Shown piece after piece: positions 1 through 12,180 of a stretch of DNA of 32,339 bases (positions within the stretch are counted from its first letter, which is position 1; every line of letters begins with the position of its first letter). The position numbers and the translations under genes were made by a program. Source of the DNA: Octopus bimaculoides (Eukaryota); the NCBI RefSeq assembly GCF_001194135.2, contig NC_068996.1:57031844-57064182 (forward strand), written 5' to 3'. The notes under the pieces were generated by a model that searched no databases, had not been told where the DNA came from, and was given only the letters and a program-made list of their open reading frames with translations.

Positions 1-94
1 ATATATATATATATACACATGCATATTCATATACACACATGTGTGTATGAGAGAGAGAGAGAGAGAGAGAGTGTGTGTATATGTTGTGCTGGGT

Positions 95-290
95 TTTGCT
101 TTTTTAACTGACATGTAAAACTCTGCTGTCTCACATTAATTTCTCTCCTTTCAACTTTTTCCTGAAGAAGGGCTCTGTCTGAAATGTTGAAGTTTCCACT
201 CCCGACACTTCAGTTCAATGTGTTCTTTTTGTCAATTTTCCTAATTGCTGAAGCAGACCAACATTAGTCTCTTTGCAGTTTGTTTGATTA
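95..290 (+). mobile_element. Penelope-like element terminal-repeat remnant with degenerate hammerhead motif
   Basis: ttc-CTGAAGA(162-168)-A-GGGC-tct-GTCT-GAAA(181-184)-TG-TT-gaag follows the CUGANGA...GAAA layout of minimal PLE hammerheads; changes look like CpG decay. Outer boundaries uncertain. Confidence 0.45.
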
Positions 291-927
291 TATATAGATA
301 TCTATATATGTGTGTGTATGTGTATATATATATATATAATGATATGAATCTATCTATCCATCCATCAGTCCTTTGCTATTCTAATTTATTCCAGACCATC
401 TTTTGTTACCATAAATATTCATTATCACATCAGCTAATTATGGCAATTTGTTACATTTTCTCAACCAAGTGAAGAATAGTTTGCAACCAAAACATGTTTT
501 AAAAATTAATGAAATACAAGTTATCAATAAAATATAAATGCATATAATAGAAATATAATAGAGATACAAATGCATATAATAGATATAATGTCATAATGCT
601 ACAATAACATAATAAATAAGAGTAACACTTAAACAGAAAAATAATAAAAATAATAAAAATAGCCTCTACTGATCATTTCAATGCTATCCGTCCCCATGAG
701 GATAATGGATATTAAAATAATTTTTTTTAAATACTTAAGTATTATTACACAATAAGCTTTAATAATATGTAAAAATCAAAAAGTAATTAATTAAATTTTT
801 TTTTAATTAATCAATCATTTAATTAAACACACTGTCAGTTTCAATTGTTACGGTATGTCACTTCATTTACTTTTGGTTTGATAATTCAACATGATTTTCA
901 AAATGAGTTTCTACTCACAGAGATTTA

Positions 928-1175
928 ATCATCATCATCATCATCATCATCATCATTTAATGGCTGTTTTCCAAGCTGGCATGGGTTGGATGGTTTGACA
1001 GGAGTTGATCAGCTGCAAGGCCACGTCAAGCTCCAATGTCATCTTTGGTGTGGTTTCTATGGCTGCATGCCCTTTTTCACACCAACCACTTTACACAAAG
1101 TACTCGGTGTGTTTTGTTTTGTTGTTATTTTTTCATGCCACTAGCACCAGTGAGGCTGCTATGTAACTTGTAAGG
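928..1175 (-). mobile_element. RTE-type LINE/SINE 3' terminal segment with (GAT)n tail
   Basis: (ATC)n then ttaatggctgttttccaagctggcatgggttggatggtttgac..., reverse complement of the terminal module at 25230-25423 and 31930-32091. Confidence 0.75.
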
Positions 1176-2029
1176 CAGAAAAAAACAGAGAAAATAGAAA
1201 TAGAAAAAGGACCAACTACTAGGAGATGAATGTTTGAGAGGGGAAGGTAGAGGTGAGTGTCTTTATGCCAGGCGTTGAGAAGCTAAAATATGATAAAGGG
1301 ACAAGCACAGATGTCTTGCTATAGAGGAGATAAGAGGAAGGTAGTGAAAGGGTGCCAAAGCAAACTCTCAAGGAACAAGAAAGTGAACGTAAGAGAGGAT
1401 GTGGACAGTGGGTTATGGAAGGGAAAGAGTGAGTTAATACTTTCATAAAGGTATAAGGAGACCAACAGATGGTTAAAAAAAAAACAGGAATAGAGATGAA
1501 TATATTGAGTGATGGCCAAGGGTGGAGGTGTAGCTGAAGGGAAATATCAGTTTGAAGAGGGGTAAAGTGAAAGATACAGAAGTGGCATAAGAAGGAGAAT
1601 AGATGAGAAAGTGATGGGATGATATGTAAATTGTAGGGAACAGAGATATTTTGGTACATAAGGGGCCAATAGTAAGTGAGGCACAATGATAGATATGAGA
1701 GAGCATTGTGAATAATGGCAGATAGGAGAGGTATTAAGAAAGAAGTGTAGTAGAGGGGAGAGAGAGAGAGCAGTGGCTGAAGGCATAGCAAGGAGGTGAC
1801 TGGTAGAAATAGTGTGGATAGGGATGATATTGAGGAATGGAAATGGTTGATGGGAAAAGGGAGGGGGCCAGAAGGAGGGGATGTAATATGTACTCTCAGG
1901 AGATTACAGAAGTTGAGTAGTACCATAGTTTGGGAGTGATAGCTGTTAGATGAGAATCAGGAAGTGGAATGAAATACTTGATGTGCTAGACAGAAAGGAG
2001 GCAAGGGAAAAGACCTGTAGATAAATACA

Positions 2030-2237
2030 CAAACAAGTGGTTTTGGGATGGGTCTTCTCAATTGCCAATCATCTCAGTCTTTTGTTACTTCCTCTATAAG
2101 ACTCAGAGTTTTGAGGTTAGTCTTTTATACTTTGTCTCATGTCTTCCTAGTCTCCTTCATCCACAAATTCCATCCATCTTAAGCAATCAGCATTTATTTC
2201 ATCATACAGACCACATGACCAAACCAACACAGTCTTC
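2030..2237 (-). mobile_element. Degenerate RTE LINE ORF C-terminus
   Basis: Minus strand reads RLCWFGHVVCM...KMDGICG, homologous to the RLxWYxHVMCMDEDSCVKK...VEGTC end of the RTE copies at 12421-13370 and 24345-25423; stops and frameshifts present. Confidence 0.6.
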
Positions 2238-4289
2238 ATGATTCCTTTTATTCTTGTAATTAAAAAAAAAAGAAAAATGTGAAGAATGAAAAGTTATAGA
2301 TTAGCAACTAAAAGAAATCACACTATTCTTGGCATAGTTTGGCAGACTATTTAACCAAAGTGATGGGTAGTAAGGTTGATGGTGGACAAGAAGGAAATTG
2401 AGACATAGAAGAGATTCTTCATAGAAAATATTAAAAAGTACAAGTCCTCTCTTTTAAACCTTTTAAGGGAAGTACTTTCTGTTATGAAAGTAGAAGTTTC
2501 TAGAATTGTTTTGTTGTAAAAGAAATTATCCAGAGTGGACTGCTACAGCTTATTCTTCTCAACATTCTAAAAGTATTGCAACACATTATCAGAAAGATAC
2601 TTCACACCTGACTAAACATCTTTTAAGAGAGAATTACTCATTCTTACAATGTCTGTGAGCTCATGCCAGAAACATTAAAAAAAAAATCTTCTTTAGTTCT
2701 TCTTTTGACATAGAGTTCAGTTGTTGTTGCATGAATTCACCCTCACCCCAAACAGAGAACCTTCAGCTTGTTGATGAATACTTTATGTTCTATGCTTCCC
2801 AACCAAAACATTTATGTTCCTTTTGCTCACCTCCAGGCCCATGGGAGTTACCCAAACATGCAATTTTCTCAACTACAGGTTCTGTCCCTAATATTTCAAA
2901 CTTCATTGAAAACAAACATCAACCTACAATGATCTCCAAGTAAAAGTGGAACACAAAGAAGAAAGCTCTCTCTCTCTCTCTCTCTCTCTCCATTTCTCTC
3001 TCTGTCTTTCTCCTTCTCTCTCCCCCACTTCTCTCTCCCCCACTTCTCTCTCTCTCTCTCCCTCTCTCACTCATTCACTCATTCACTCTCATATTTCTTC
3101 CATAGTTTAACTATTAAACATTCAGCATCCATAGTAATCAAATGATCATTCTACACTCACATCACTTGATGCCATTTTCTCTCTCACAAATAATTCCTTT
3201 CTTTATTTCTTACACTGCTGTTCTGTCTTTCAGGTTTTCATTTCACTATGGTGATTACTATCTTTTTATACAAAAATCATAAATCAAAAACATTATTTTC
3301 ATAAAAAGGCTTAATTTTTTTTTCTTGCAAACAATTCCATTAGTTTTCTTTCGAATGGATTGACAATCTTCAACGCTGCTACCAATGTCAGGGAATACAT
3401 GAGTATACTTTGTATTCATGTGCAACACATGAGTACATTGTATTCATGGGTAAAGACTGATTCATTTTCTTTCAATGCAGCAAATTCTTCACATAGTTAT
3501 TTCAATCCATGTTATATAACATTTCGGTTCCTTTCAGTTTGTGACATCAGTAAAACAACAGAATCATCTGGCATTTTCATATAAAGCTATATACATGTAA
3601 TATTGGCATGTGAGGGCACTAATGACCTTTTCGTTAGTTTGGATTTTAATTCGTTATTTTTCTGTGATATTCATTGACAACATTTTATTCATTGTCAAAT
3701 CAATTGTAAAGCAATCATTACCACGACTTCATGATTTCATCATTTTCACAGTTACATTTTCTCTTTGTATGTAACTACACACACACACACACACACATGT
3801 ATATGGATAATCAATACACATATATAATATATGCATAGACAGACTGACATACAGATAGATATGCATATACATGCATTATATATGCATATGTCTAATACAA
3901 TAAATGCAAAAACTATTCTGTGTGTCAGTGTGTTACACTTAGACCCCCTCTCTCACTATTCAATGACTCCTACTATTCCTCATGATGGGATGAGAGTAAT
4001 AAGCATGTATAGAGATGGTGAGGGCAGTGGGAAAGACAGGCAGAGAGAGAAAGAGAGAGGGAGAGAAAGTGAGACAAAGAAAATTTAGGAAGAGCTAATG
4101 ATATTTTATTAAAAATAGTAGTGTTGATGGTGGCAGTGGGAGTAATAATAAAAGAGAGAGAAAGAGTGGATATGTGAGAGAAAGAGGGAGATGATGTACA
4201 ACTTTGTTTAAGCATGTCCCTTTGACAGAAATTCCTGTCACCAACATACTGAACACTTTCATTTTTGTTTATTTTTTGCTTTCTTTAAT

Positions 4290-4337
<48 letters not shown>

Positions 4338-4384
4338 CACTTTAATTGAAATAAAGCTTCCTACTTTTTCAACTTTAATAAATC

Positions 4385-4597
4385 GTTTCTACTGGAAGGA
4401 CAAGGCTTCAAATTTTAGGGGAAGGGATTAAGTCAATTACATTGCCCTCTGTACATAACCTGTATTAATTTTATCGACCCTGAAAGGATAAAAGGCAAAG
4501 TCAACCTCAGCAGGATTCAAACTCAAAACCTAACAGTAGATGAAATACTGATAGGCATTTTACCCAGCCTGCTAATGAGCTTGCCAGCTCGCTGCCT
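4385..4597 (-). mobile_element. tRNA-derived SINE, family with TTTGCCTTTxATCCTTTC-GGGTCGATAAAAT central domain
   Basis: Minus strand starts aggcagcgagctggcaagctcattagcaggc (A-box-like), then gagtttgaatcc (B-box-like) and gactttgccttttatcctttcagggtcgataaaattaatacagg. Confidence 0.7.
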
Positions 4598-5136
4598 CAA
4601 TATAATATAATAATATAATAAATGTGAGTGTCAGTGTGTCACACTTTTTCAACTTTACTTCTAGAAGCCGCAGCCCAACATATACCATTTTGAAATCAGC
4701 CTGACTCCATAAGTAAATTAAAAACATTCCAGGCTGAGTCCTAAAATTTTGGATTCCCAAGTTTTCATTACTGGGATTGTTTTTGGCAATTTTCTCATGT
4801 GACTTTTTGTGATAAATTCTTTTGTACAATAACAATTTTTATAATCTAAAGGCTAACTCCATGAGTAAATTAAAAACGTTCCAGGCTGAATCCAGACCTG
4901 GAGTCCTGAAATTTTGGATTCTTATGTGTTCAATACTGCGATTGTCTATGGTGATATTTTTTACATAACCTTTTGCGGTAGACATAATCATGATTGGAAT
5001 ATGACCCTGGAGGAAGCAATTGCAATAAATTGCATTATGTGGATTTCCTTTTTTGCAGATCTTCCCATTCAGGGTCAGTTGCTTCAGAGCTATATACTAG
5101 CTTAAAAGCCACCCAATAGGGCAGCTTTTAAGCTGG
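4597..5136 (+). mobile_element. Non-autonomous Helitron-like element (tentative)
   Basis: 5' TC + TA-rich + aaatgtgagtgtc start; internal direct repeat (4701-4756 vs 4853-4921); 3' palindrome AGCTTAAAAGC(5099-5109)...GCTTTTAAGCT(5124-5134) ending CTGG|T (CTRR-type end). The 5' A|TC target context is not cleanly preserved. Confidence 0.45.
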
Positions 5137-5180
5137 TATTCATATGTAAATATATATATGTATAGATATATGTATATACA

Positions 5181-5270
5181 CATATAAGAGGAATGACCAC
5201 TAGGTGGACTCCTATTAGGCTAAATGTAGACCCCCACCCCACCCCACCTAGTGGTCTTTCCTCTTATATG
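5181..5270. mobile_element. Miniature inverted-repeat element (MITE-like), 27-bp arms, 36-bp spacer
   Basis: catataagaggaatgaccactaggtgg (5181-5207) vs ccacctagtggtctttcctcttatatg (5244-5270): 26/27 inverted match, in a TA-rich context. Confidence 0.7.
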
Positions 5271-5377
5271 TATGTAATATAATTTTGTGAATCTTCAGAT
5301 TTTTTTCAATATGCTAGGCACTAGTTTAAACTGATGTTAATTAAATTAATATCAATTTTTTACCCTTATTATTTAAA

Positions 5378-5383
5378 TTTATA

Positions 5384-5480
<97 letters not shown>

Positions 5481-5525
5481 TATATTCATATATATACACA
5501 CACACACATATGTGTGTGTGTATAA
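5378..5525. repeat. (TA)n microsatellite grading into (CA)/(TG)
   Basis: About 80 bp of uninterrupted TA plus degenerate flanks; source of the spurious IYIY ORF. Confidence 0.95.
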
Positions 5526-6749
5526 ATATATAAATGCAAATATATGCTTGTATATTTGTATCTACCTATAGACATGTATACATATGTATATGTGTCTATA
5601 CATGTATATATAACAGATAGACAGACAGACAGATAGATAGATATACTGATATATGTATATATGTACACACACACATATAGAGGCATCACCATCAGTTTGA
5701 AAGAGGGAAGTCAAGTATAGTTCTGACAGTTCAAGAAAGAATGTGATGCAACAATACGACATTAAAAGGCTAATTTTTCAGTATATCAGACTTGTGGATT
5801 TTCTCCAGAAACGCTAATCTGAAATTATTTCAAAGCAACATTAACGAACAGTACATGCTTGTATGGAATTACTTTAGTAATGTACTCTGCAGTCTGTTAC
5901 ATAATTACCAAAATCTACATCAATGGCTGATTCATTCTGAATAATCACAGATATAATGCCAACTTGATGCCAACTGCCTTTTCAACTAACCATAATCATT
6001 TTCTTAAAACTAGATTCTTTGACTCTTAAGTAATACCATTGTCTCAGACATGTTCACATTTCAAAAGTTTTATTTTCTTTAGCCATTCTCTCTGTCTTGT
6101 ACGCTGTTTAAACTTCACTGGATTGATTATTGCAACAAGATATACTTCTGGGAGTCTGGTCTTGATCTCCATAATAATGGCTTCATAAACTGGAACAAAT
6201 GGAATATAGTTGAGAGTTGAGGCTTGATATATATGCACTCAGCTTTATGTTTTAAATTCTTATTGAGTAATTGCTTATCAGCAGCAGCAATATCACCATC
6301 ACTATCATCAGCACCATCATCACCATTGTCTCCACCACTACCACCTTCAATGCCAGCAGCATTATCATTATTATCATTGGCATTGTTATTTTAAGGTTAA
6401 AATCTGTTTCCCCATGCTGATACAGGTTGGATTGATCTGGTTCATTTTGAACTATTGTAATTCCATTCACAAGATCCATTATTTTGAGAACTGGCATCAC
6501 TTTTTCTGTCCATGCCTTCTGACTCCATGTAGCACACGTATTAGTGTGCTGTTTTGGTAACTATCACCCACACAAACACAGTCTCCTCTGTACATCACCT
6601 GCTGTTGGCGCTGTCAATATCCAGCAGAAATCACAACTCACGTTCATAGCCATTGCCATCACAGATTTGCAACATCTTCATTTGGTAAGAATTTTTCCGA
6701 ACCAGTGCCGTACAAAAACAAAAATCAAAAAACACAAGCAGTACAGACT

Positions 6750-6980
6750 GTTAAAGGATTGGTTTTAAAAATGGCATCCAGTCATAGAAATCAAGCCAAA
6801 ATTTCAGACACTGGAGCTCGGCACAGTTTTCTAACTTAGATCCAGGAAAACTATCTAACCATGCCAGTGTGGTAGATGGTCGTTAAAAGATGATGATGAA
6901 TGTGGTGGGGAGGCTGTGATGATGATGATGGTGATGATGATGATGATGATGATAATGACTATGATGGCCATGATGATGAC
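6750..6980 (+). mobile_element. Degenerate RTE-type 3' terminal segment with expanded (GAT)n tail
   Basis: ggcatccagtcatagaaa...ctaaccatgccagtgtggtagatggtcgttaaaagatgatg then long GAT tract. Confidence 0.55.
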
Positions 6981-7135
6981 ACTGACATGACTATATTTAC
7001 CATATCTATTCACAAGACTTTGGTCAAACCTGGGCTATAGTAAATGGTATTTGCCCAAGATGCCACAGAGCAGAACTGATTTCAAAACTATGTGGTCAGA
7101 GCAAACTTGTTAAGAACACAGCCATTCCTGCATAG
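6981..7135 (-). mobile_element. CORE-type tRNA SINE 5' half
   Basis: Reverse complement of gtgttcttaacaagtttgct...ggcatcttgggcaaatacc...tatagcccaggtttgaccaaagtcttgtgaatag; same family as 30742-31130. Confidence 0.6.
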
Positions 7136-7299
7136 AGGAATTATATACATTGTGCTTATTCTTAAAAAATCTGTGAAACCTGAGGTAAATCTCTCTCTGA
7201 TATGAAATGATGAAAGAACTAACAATTTTTGCAAATATTATTACAGCTTCTTTAAATGCTGCTATTTTTTTATTCACAAACTAAAAAACATCACTCCTC

Positions 7300-7310
7300 T
7301 CACCACCACC

Positions 7311-7366
<56 letters not shown>

Positions 7367-7480
7367 TCTGACATGGTTTCTATGTCTGGATCCTTTTCCT
7401 AATGTCAACCACTTTACAGTGTAAAGCTCTGACATGGCACTAGCACCTGTGAAGACTGTCTTGTAACTTGCAAGGCTAAG
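7300..7480 (-). mobile_element. RTE-type 3' terminal fragment with (CAC)n(CAT)n tail
   Basis: (cac)/(cat) tract then ggtttctatgtctggatccttttcctaatgtcaaccactttaca..., resembling 1050-1175. Confidence 0.55.
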
Positions 7481-7609
7481 GGCCTAAACAAGCCCTTATT
7501 ACTGAAAAAGAAGGGTGCTGATTCTAAGCAAGGGATGAGGGAAGTTAAGTAAGGTGAAAAGAAATAGATTTAAAGTTGCATTATGCAGGTAGGGCAGTCC
7601 ATTCTGGCA

Positions 7610-7772
7610 AGTTCACTCTGTTGAGTGGTTGGTGTTAGGAAGAGCATCCAGCTGTAAAAATCCTGCTAAAACAGTCACAGAAGTCTGGTGCAGGCTTCTG
7701 CCTGGCTGGTTCTTGTGAAACCGTCCCACCCATGCTAGCATGGAAAGTGGACATTAAACAATGATGGTGATG
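7610..7772 (+). mobile_element. RTE-type 3' terminal segment
   Basis: gagtggttggtgttaggaagagcatccagctgtaaaa...catgctagcatggaaagtggacattaaacaatgatggtgatg. Confidence 0.75.
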
Positions 7773-8559
7773 TCAAGTATTTTTTAGGTGCGAGGATCTA
7801 ATGGATCACATTTCTCTCATATACTTGTAAATCTTCTTGTATAAAGGTAAACCTATATAAAATACCCAAATCTATATATCTCTATCCAATACCTTTGTCT
7901 ACATATCTATATGCAATATCAGAATCTATCAATCTTGTAATATCATATTACAGTTAAATGAAGAAACAAACTCTGAGTCACCTTCCCTAATACATAATCT
8001 GGTTAACCCTCAGACAGCAAACAATACTCTGAGTTCCAAATTCCACTCAAGTGAAATTCATGTATCATCCAGGGCTGATATAAAGAAAAATGCTATAAAC
8101 CATGTTGTAAGATTAGTAGAAGTGTTAGAACATTAGAGCAGATGTTTTGCACTATTCGTTCCAGTTCTTTGCATTACGAGTGTAAATCTAACATCTTGAT
8201 ATGGCTTACTTGAGTGGTACCCTTAATCTAGCATTCAATTGAACACCACTACATGACATTTTGAGTATCTTTAGTGGAGTCCACTCATTTGCAAAAATTC
8301 TGGTCAGGTCTCTGCTTGAAACTCTCTCCCATCAGTCTCTTAGAGTACCTACTAAAGATCGTGGGCAATGCCTTCTCTCCCTATCAAAACGATAAAAATT
8401 TAGTGATGTATTGTCAAGCTAACTGTAGAAATTGAGGTAATACAATGGTGTTACGCCAAGAATATTACTTAATACAACAGATAAGCAACTGGATGAGGTT
8501 AGAGCAAAGATATAATTATATATATATAATATAATATATATCTAAAGATCATATATCTA

Positions 8560-8760
8560 AAGCTGGATTTGTTAGAGCCACCCAAAGGCCCTGTTATTTT
8601 CATCTAGAGTAAGGACCAGATACTGAAACAGCTTAGGATTCAAAGGCCTATCTCTTTTCAGTACTTTGCATAGAAACCCAAGAGATTTGCAAGGCATAGA
8701 TGTGAATGTAAGCATACAACACCTAAACCTCTTTTCATCAGAAATGTCTGGAAAATTAAA
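8560..8760 (+). mobile_element. Degenerate CR1-like LINE 3' ORF end
   Basis: Translates SRVRTRY*NSLGFKGLSLFSTLHRNPRDLQGIDVNV, resembling the NSL..RGP.LFN.LP..LR...G..V..FK..LD end of CR1 ORF2 (recalled pattern). Confidence 0.45.
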
Positions 8761-9747
8761 TTATTGTGGGAAAAACAAGAAATGGCTGCAATATCCAAAT
8801 CCCTCATTCATGAAAACCAACTACAACAGCCTGTAAAAACTAAATGATTTTAAAGTAACGCTATATTGGCTGTGACCAAGCTGTGGCGCAGCTGATAGGG
8901 TGATACTGGTAACAAAGTAAAACAGTAGAACTTTTCCAAACTACTGAGAATTATTTTTTAACTGAATTATCAAAGTACACACAAAAATCAGCTGCTGTAA
9001 AATGTGTGATGTTCACAGGGTTTAAATAAAAGATATTGCTAGTCTCCAAATATTAAAATTGAAATAACAGGCACTAAGAAATTGTATGAAAGAGCAATGC
9101 TATGCTTACAACTCGAATGATAAGAGCAGCATGATGATAAAAAAAAAAGAAAACAAAAAAGTTTGATGTTGCATCATGGGAAGGGGCTTGTGGCATTGGA
9201 ATACATAAAAAGAATCTCTATGGTCAGGCCAGAGGCATATTGTGATCTGTCAGCAAGACAACGAGATAAGGTTGTTATGATTGTCTGACAACACACTGTA
9301 TGGCAATCCATGCAATTTCCACACATGCCAGCACAGTAAAATCAAGACTCAAATATTGATAATGGTAGTGGCAGTGGTGGCAGTGGCAGTAGCAACATTT
9401 GTGGTAGTAGCTGGTGGCAGCAGTTTATGATGATGATGAGGAGGAGGAGGAGGTCTATGATGACAATAATGATGGTGATGGTGATAAACGATGCTGATGA
9501 TAATATTGATGATGAAAAAAAAAAAAAGAAAACACTCATGTCGCACTTTCTTTCTCTCTTGGAAGATTTTTCTGAGCTGGCGCTCTCATTAATCTTCTTC
9601 CTGTCCATTTTATTATTTGTTTGCTAACTTCTCAGATACATACATACATTATATGCACACACATACACATGTACATACACATAAACACATTCATATATAT
9701 ATACTTACATAAACATATATATATAGAGATAGAGAGAAAGGGGGGAG

Positions 9748-9797
<50 letters not shown>

Positions 9798-10577
9798 NNN
9801 NNNNNNNNNNNNNNNNNNNNNNNNNNNNNNNNNNNNNNNNNNNNNNNNNNNNNNNNNNNNNNNNNNNNNNNNNNNNNNNNNNNNNNNNNNNNNNNNNNNN
9901 NNNNNNNNNNNNNNNNNNNNNNNNNNNNNNNNNNNNNNNNNNNNNNNNNNNNNNNNNNNNNNNNNNNNNNNNNNNNNNNNNNNNNNNNNNNNNNNNNNNN
10001 NNNNNNNNNNNNNNNNNNNNNNNNNNNNNNNNNNNNNNNNNNNNNNNNNNNNNNNNNNNNNNNNNNNNNNNNNNNNNNNNNNNNNNNNNNNNNNNNNNNN
10101 NNNNNNNNNNNNNNNNNNNNNNNNNNNNNNNNNNNNNNNNNNNNNNNNNNNNNNNNNNNNNNNNNNNNNNNNNNNNNNNNNNNNNNNNNNNNNNNNNNNN
10201 NNNNNNNNNNNNNNNNNNNNNNNNNNNNNNNNNNNNNNNNNNNNNNNNNNNNNNNNNNNNNNNNNNNNNNNNNNNNNNNNNNNNNNNNNNNNNNNNNNNN
10301 NNNNNNNNNNNNNNNNNNNNNNNNNNNNNNNNNNNNNNNNNNNNNNNNNNNNNNNNNNNNNNNNNNNNNNNNNNNNNNNNNNNNNNNNNNNNNNNNNNNN
10401 NNNNNNNNNNNNNNNNNNNNNNNNNNNNNNNNNNNNNNNNNNNNNNNNNNNNNNNNNNNNNNNNNNNNNNNNNNNNNNNNNNNNNNNNNNNNNNNNNNNN
10501 NNNNNNNNNNNNNNNNNNNNNNNNNNNNNNNNNNNNNNNNNNNNNNNNNNNNNNNNNNNNNNNNNNNNNNNNNNNNA
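9798..10577. other. Assembly gap (N-run) flanked by (TA)n on both sides
   Basis: N characters; end coordinate +/-1. Confidence 0.98.
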
Positions 10578-11078
10578 TATATATATATATATATATATAT
10601 ATATAGCCATCTAAGAATCCGTAAGTCAGAAAAAATATGCACTTAGTAGAGTGAGTACCTTAATCAAAGTACACAGTATTATATATCCAATATGTCTGAT
10701 CTTACCAATTGGTTTTGCACTAGGGCTTCTTTTGAATTATGAGGTAACAATCTGATTATGTAACTTTGCACTCTACAGAGTTGACAGTTATGGAAGAAAA
10801 TATGGTGGCCATATTTTCTTCCATAACAGAAAAAAGTTCTTGCATATAACACTCTTTTGGAAAATTCTTCCCCAATGAAATACCCAACTAACCAGTTTTG
10901 GTGTGAAAATTTAAATTGAATTAATTTAATTTAATACCTGTAATTGAACTAATTGGATATGGATACAGCTGTTGGACTGGAATTTCATTATATGGATTTG
11001 AATATTTTAAAATAAACTGATGTCTGCATGTCAATTTCTCCATTTTCTTCTTTTTCTCATTCATATATATACATATAT

Positions 11079-11482
11079 ATCATCATCATCATCATTTTTA
11101 ATGTTCATTATCCATGCTGATATGGGTTGGATGCTTTCACCAGGGCTGGTAAGCTGAAAGGCTGCACCAGACTCCAGTCTGATTTTCCAAGGTTTTCTAC
11201 GGTTGGATGCCCTTCCTAACACCAACCACTCTGAGAATGTAATGAATGCTTTTACATGCCACCAGCATGGGTGCCAATTTGTGTGACACCGGTATCTGCA
11301 ATGACTGTGATTTTACTTGGCTCGATGAGTCTTCTTCTCAAGCACAACATAATGTCAAAGGTCTTGGTCATTGCCTCCATGAGGCCCAACACTCAAAAGG
11401 AACTCAGCTACTTTGCCTCCATGAGGCCCAACGCTCAAAAGGAACTCACCCACTATGCCTCCGTGAGGTCCAACGCTCATTG
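11079..11482 (-). mobile_element. RTE LINE 3' UTR fragment with 42-bp tandem units
   Basis: (cat)n tail, conserved terminal module, then tgcctccatgaggcccaacactcaaaaggaactcagctactt repeated about 2.6 times (11372-11480). Confidence 0.8.
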
Positions 11483-11491
11483 ATTTTCTGA

Positions 11492-11536
<45 letters not shown>

Positions 11537-11544
11537 GTGTCGAG

Positions 11545-11800
11545 TGCATGTGTTATTGTCTCCTTTTCTTGACAGTATGTGATAGTTTTAGATGAATGCA
11601 ATTGTCACATGACCAGTGTCCTTTGTTCATTTTCCACAAAAGCATGTCTGATCATAAAGGAATATTACCTTGCTTAAAAATTGGTGGGTGTTGGTGACAA
11701 GAAGAACATCCACTTGTAGAAAAATTCACTTCAATAAAGTTCCACCTGACCCATGTAAGTATGGAAAAGTGAATGTTAAAACAGTAATGATGATGGCATG
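11545..11800 (+). mobile_element. CORE-type SINE 3' half with RTE-like tail
   Basis: cttgacag...aaatattacc-like...ttggtgacaagaagaacatccacttgtagaaaa...cccatgtaagtatggaaaagtgaatgttaaaac...gatgatg; homologous to 30955-31130. Confidence 0.55.
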
Positions 11801-12063
11801 TGTGTGTGTATATATATATAGGGGGAGGATGTGTAAACACATCACACACACACACACACACACATCCATGTGCACTTGTATATGCCTTATATAAATGTTT
11901 ATGTGAGTCTTTGTGTCTTTGTTTTTGTGTATAGAATATAATTCTGAATCCATACACATGCATATATGTAATATACTGAGGCCCATTATTCTGCTTTAGT
12001 GGCCTACAAAATTTGTTATATATCATTAGAATTTTGCTCTTTATTTGATACCCACACAAGTAG

Positions 12064-12180
12064 TTGGTATTAAGTAGGGCATCCAGTTGTAAAAACCAAG
12101 CCAAAACAGATATGGACCCTGGTCAGCTCCTGTCAAACCGTCCAACCCATGCCAGCATGGAAAACATGTTAAGTAATGAT
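12064..12180 (+). mobile_element. RTE-type 3' terminal segment
   Basis: agggcatccagttgtaaaaa...aaaccgtccaacccatgccagcatggaaaacatgttaagtaatgat. Confidence 0.7.

Noticed and set aside
1219-1926. 235-aa minus-strand ORF
   Set aside because: Leu/Ser/Pro/His composition follows from the pyrimidine skew; no domain, no splice context, lies within a repeat.
5800-6245. Non-repetitive-looking stretch with a 64-aa minus ORF (also 2280-2960, 13950-14750, 23140-23530)
   Set aside because: Possibly very old LINE debris, but I could not recognise a diagnostic motif; left unannotated.
6550-6690. GC-balanced stretch ending in a GTAAG donor
   Set aside because: No KIF26-like upstream motif (WCENC...LKRQA) in any frame and no clear acceptor; more likely old repeat.
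9342-9627. ORFs with poly-His/Pro/Ile/Met runs (MDRKKINESASSEKSSKRERK...)
   Set aside because: Trinucleotide microsatellites (GAT, GGA, GTG); the short non-repetitive part has no recognisable homology or convincing splice pair.
9621-10646. Long ORFs spanning N-runs (also 16881-17525, 22212-22826, 25354-26054, 26491-27037)
   Set aside because: Open only because N codons contain no stops; flanks are IYIY microsatellite translations.
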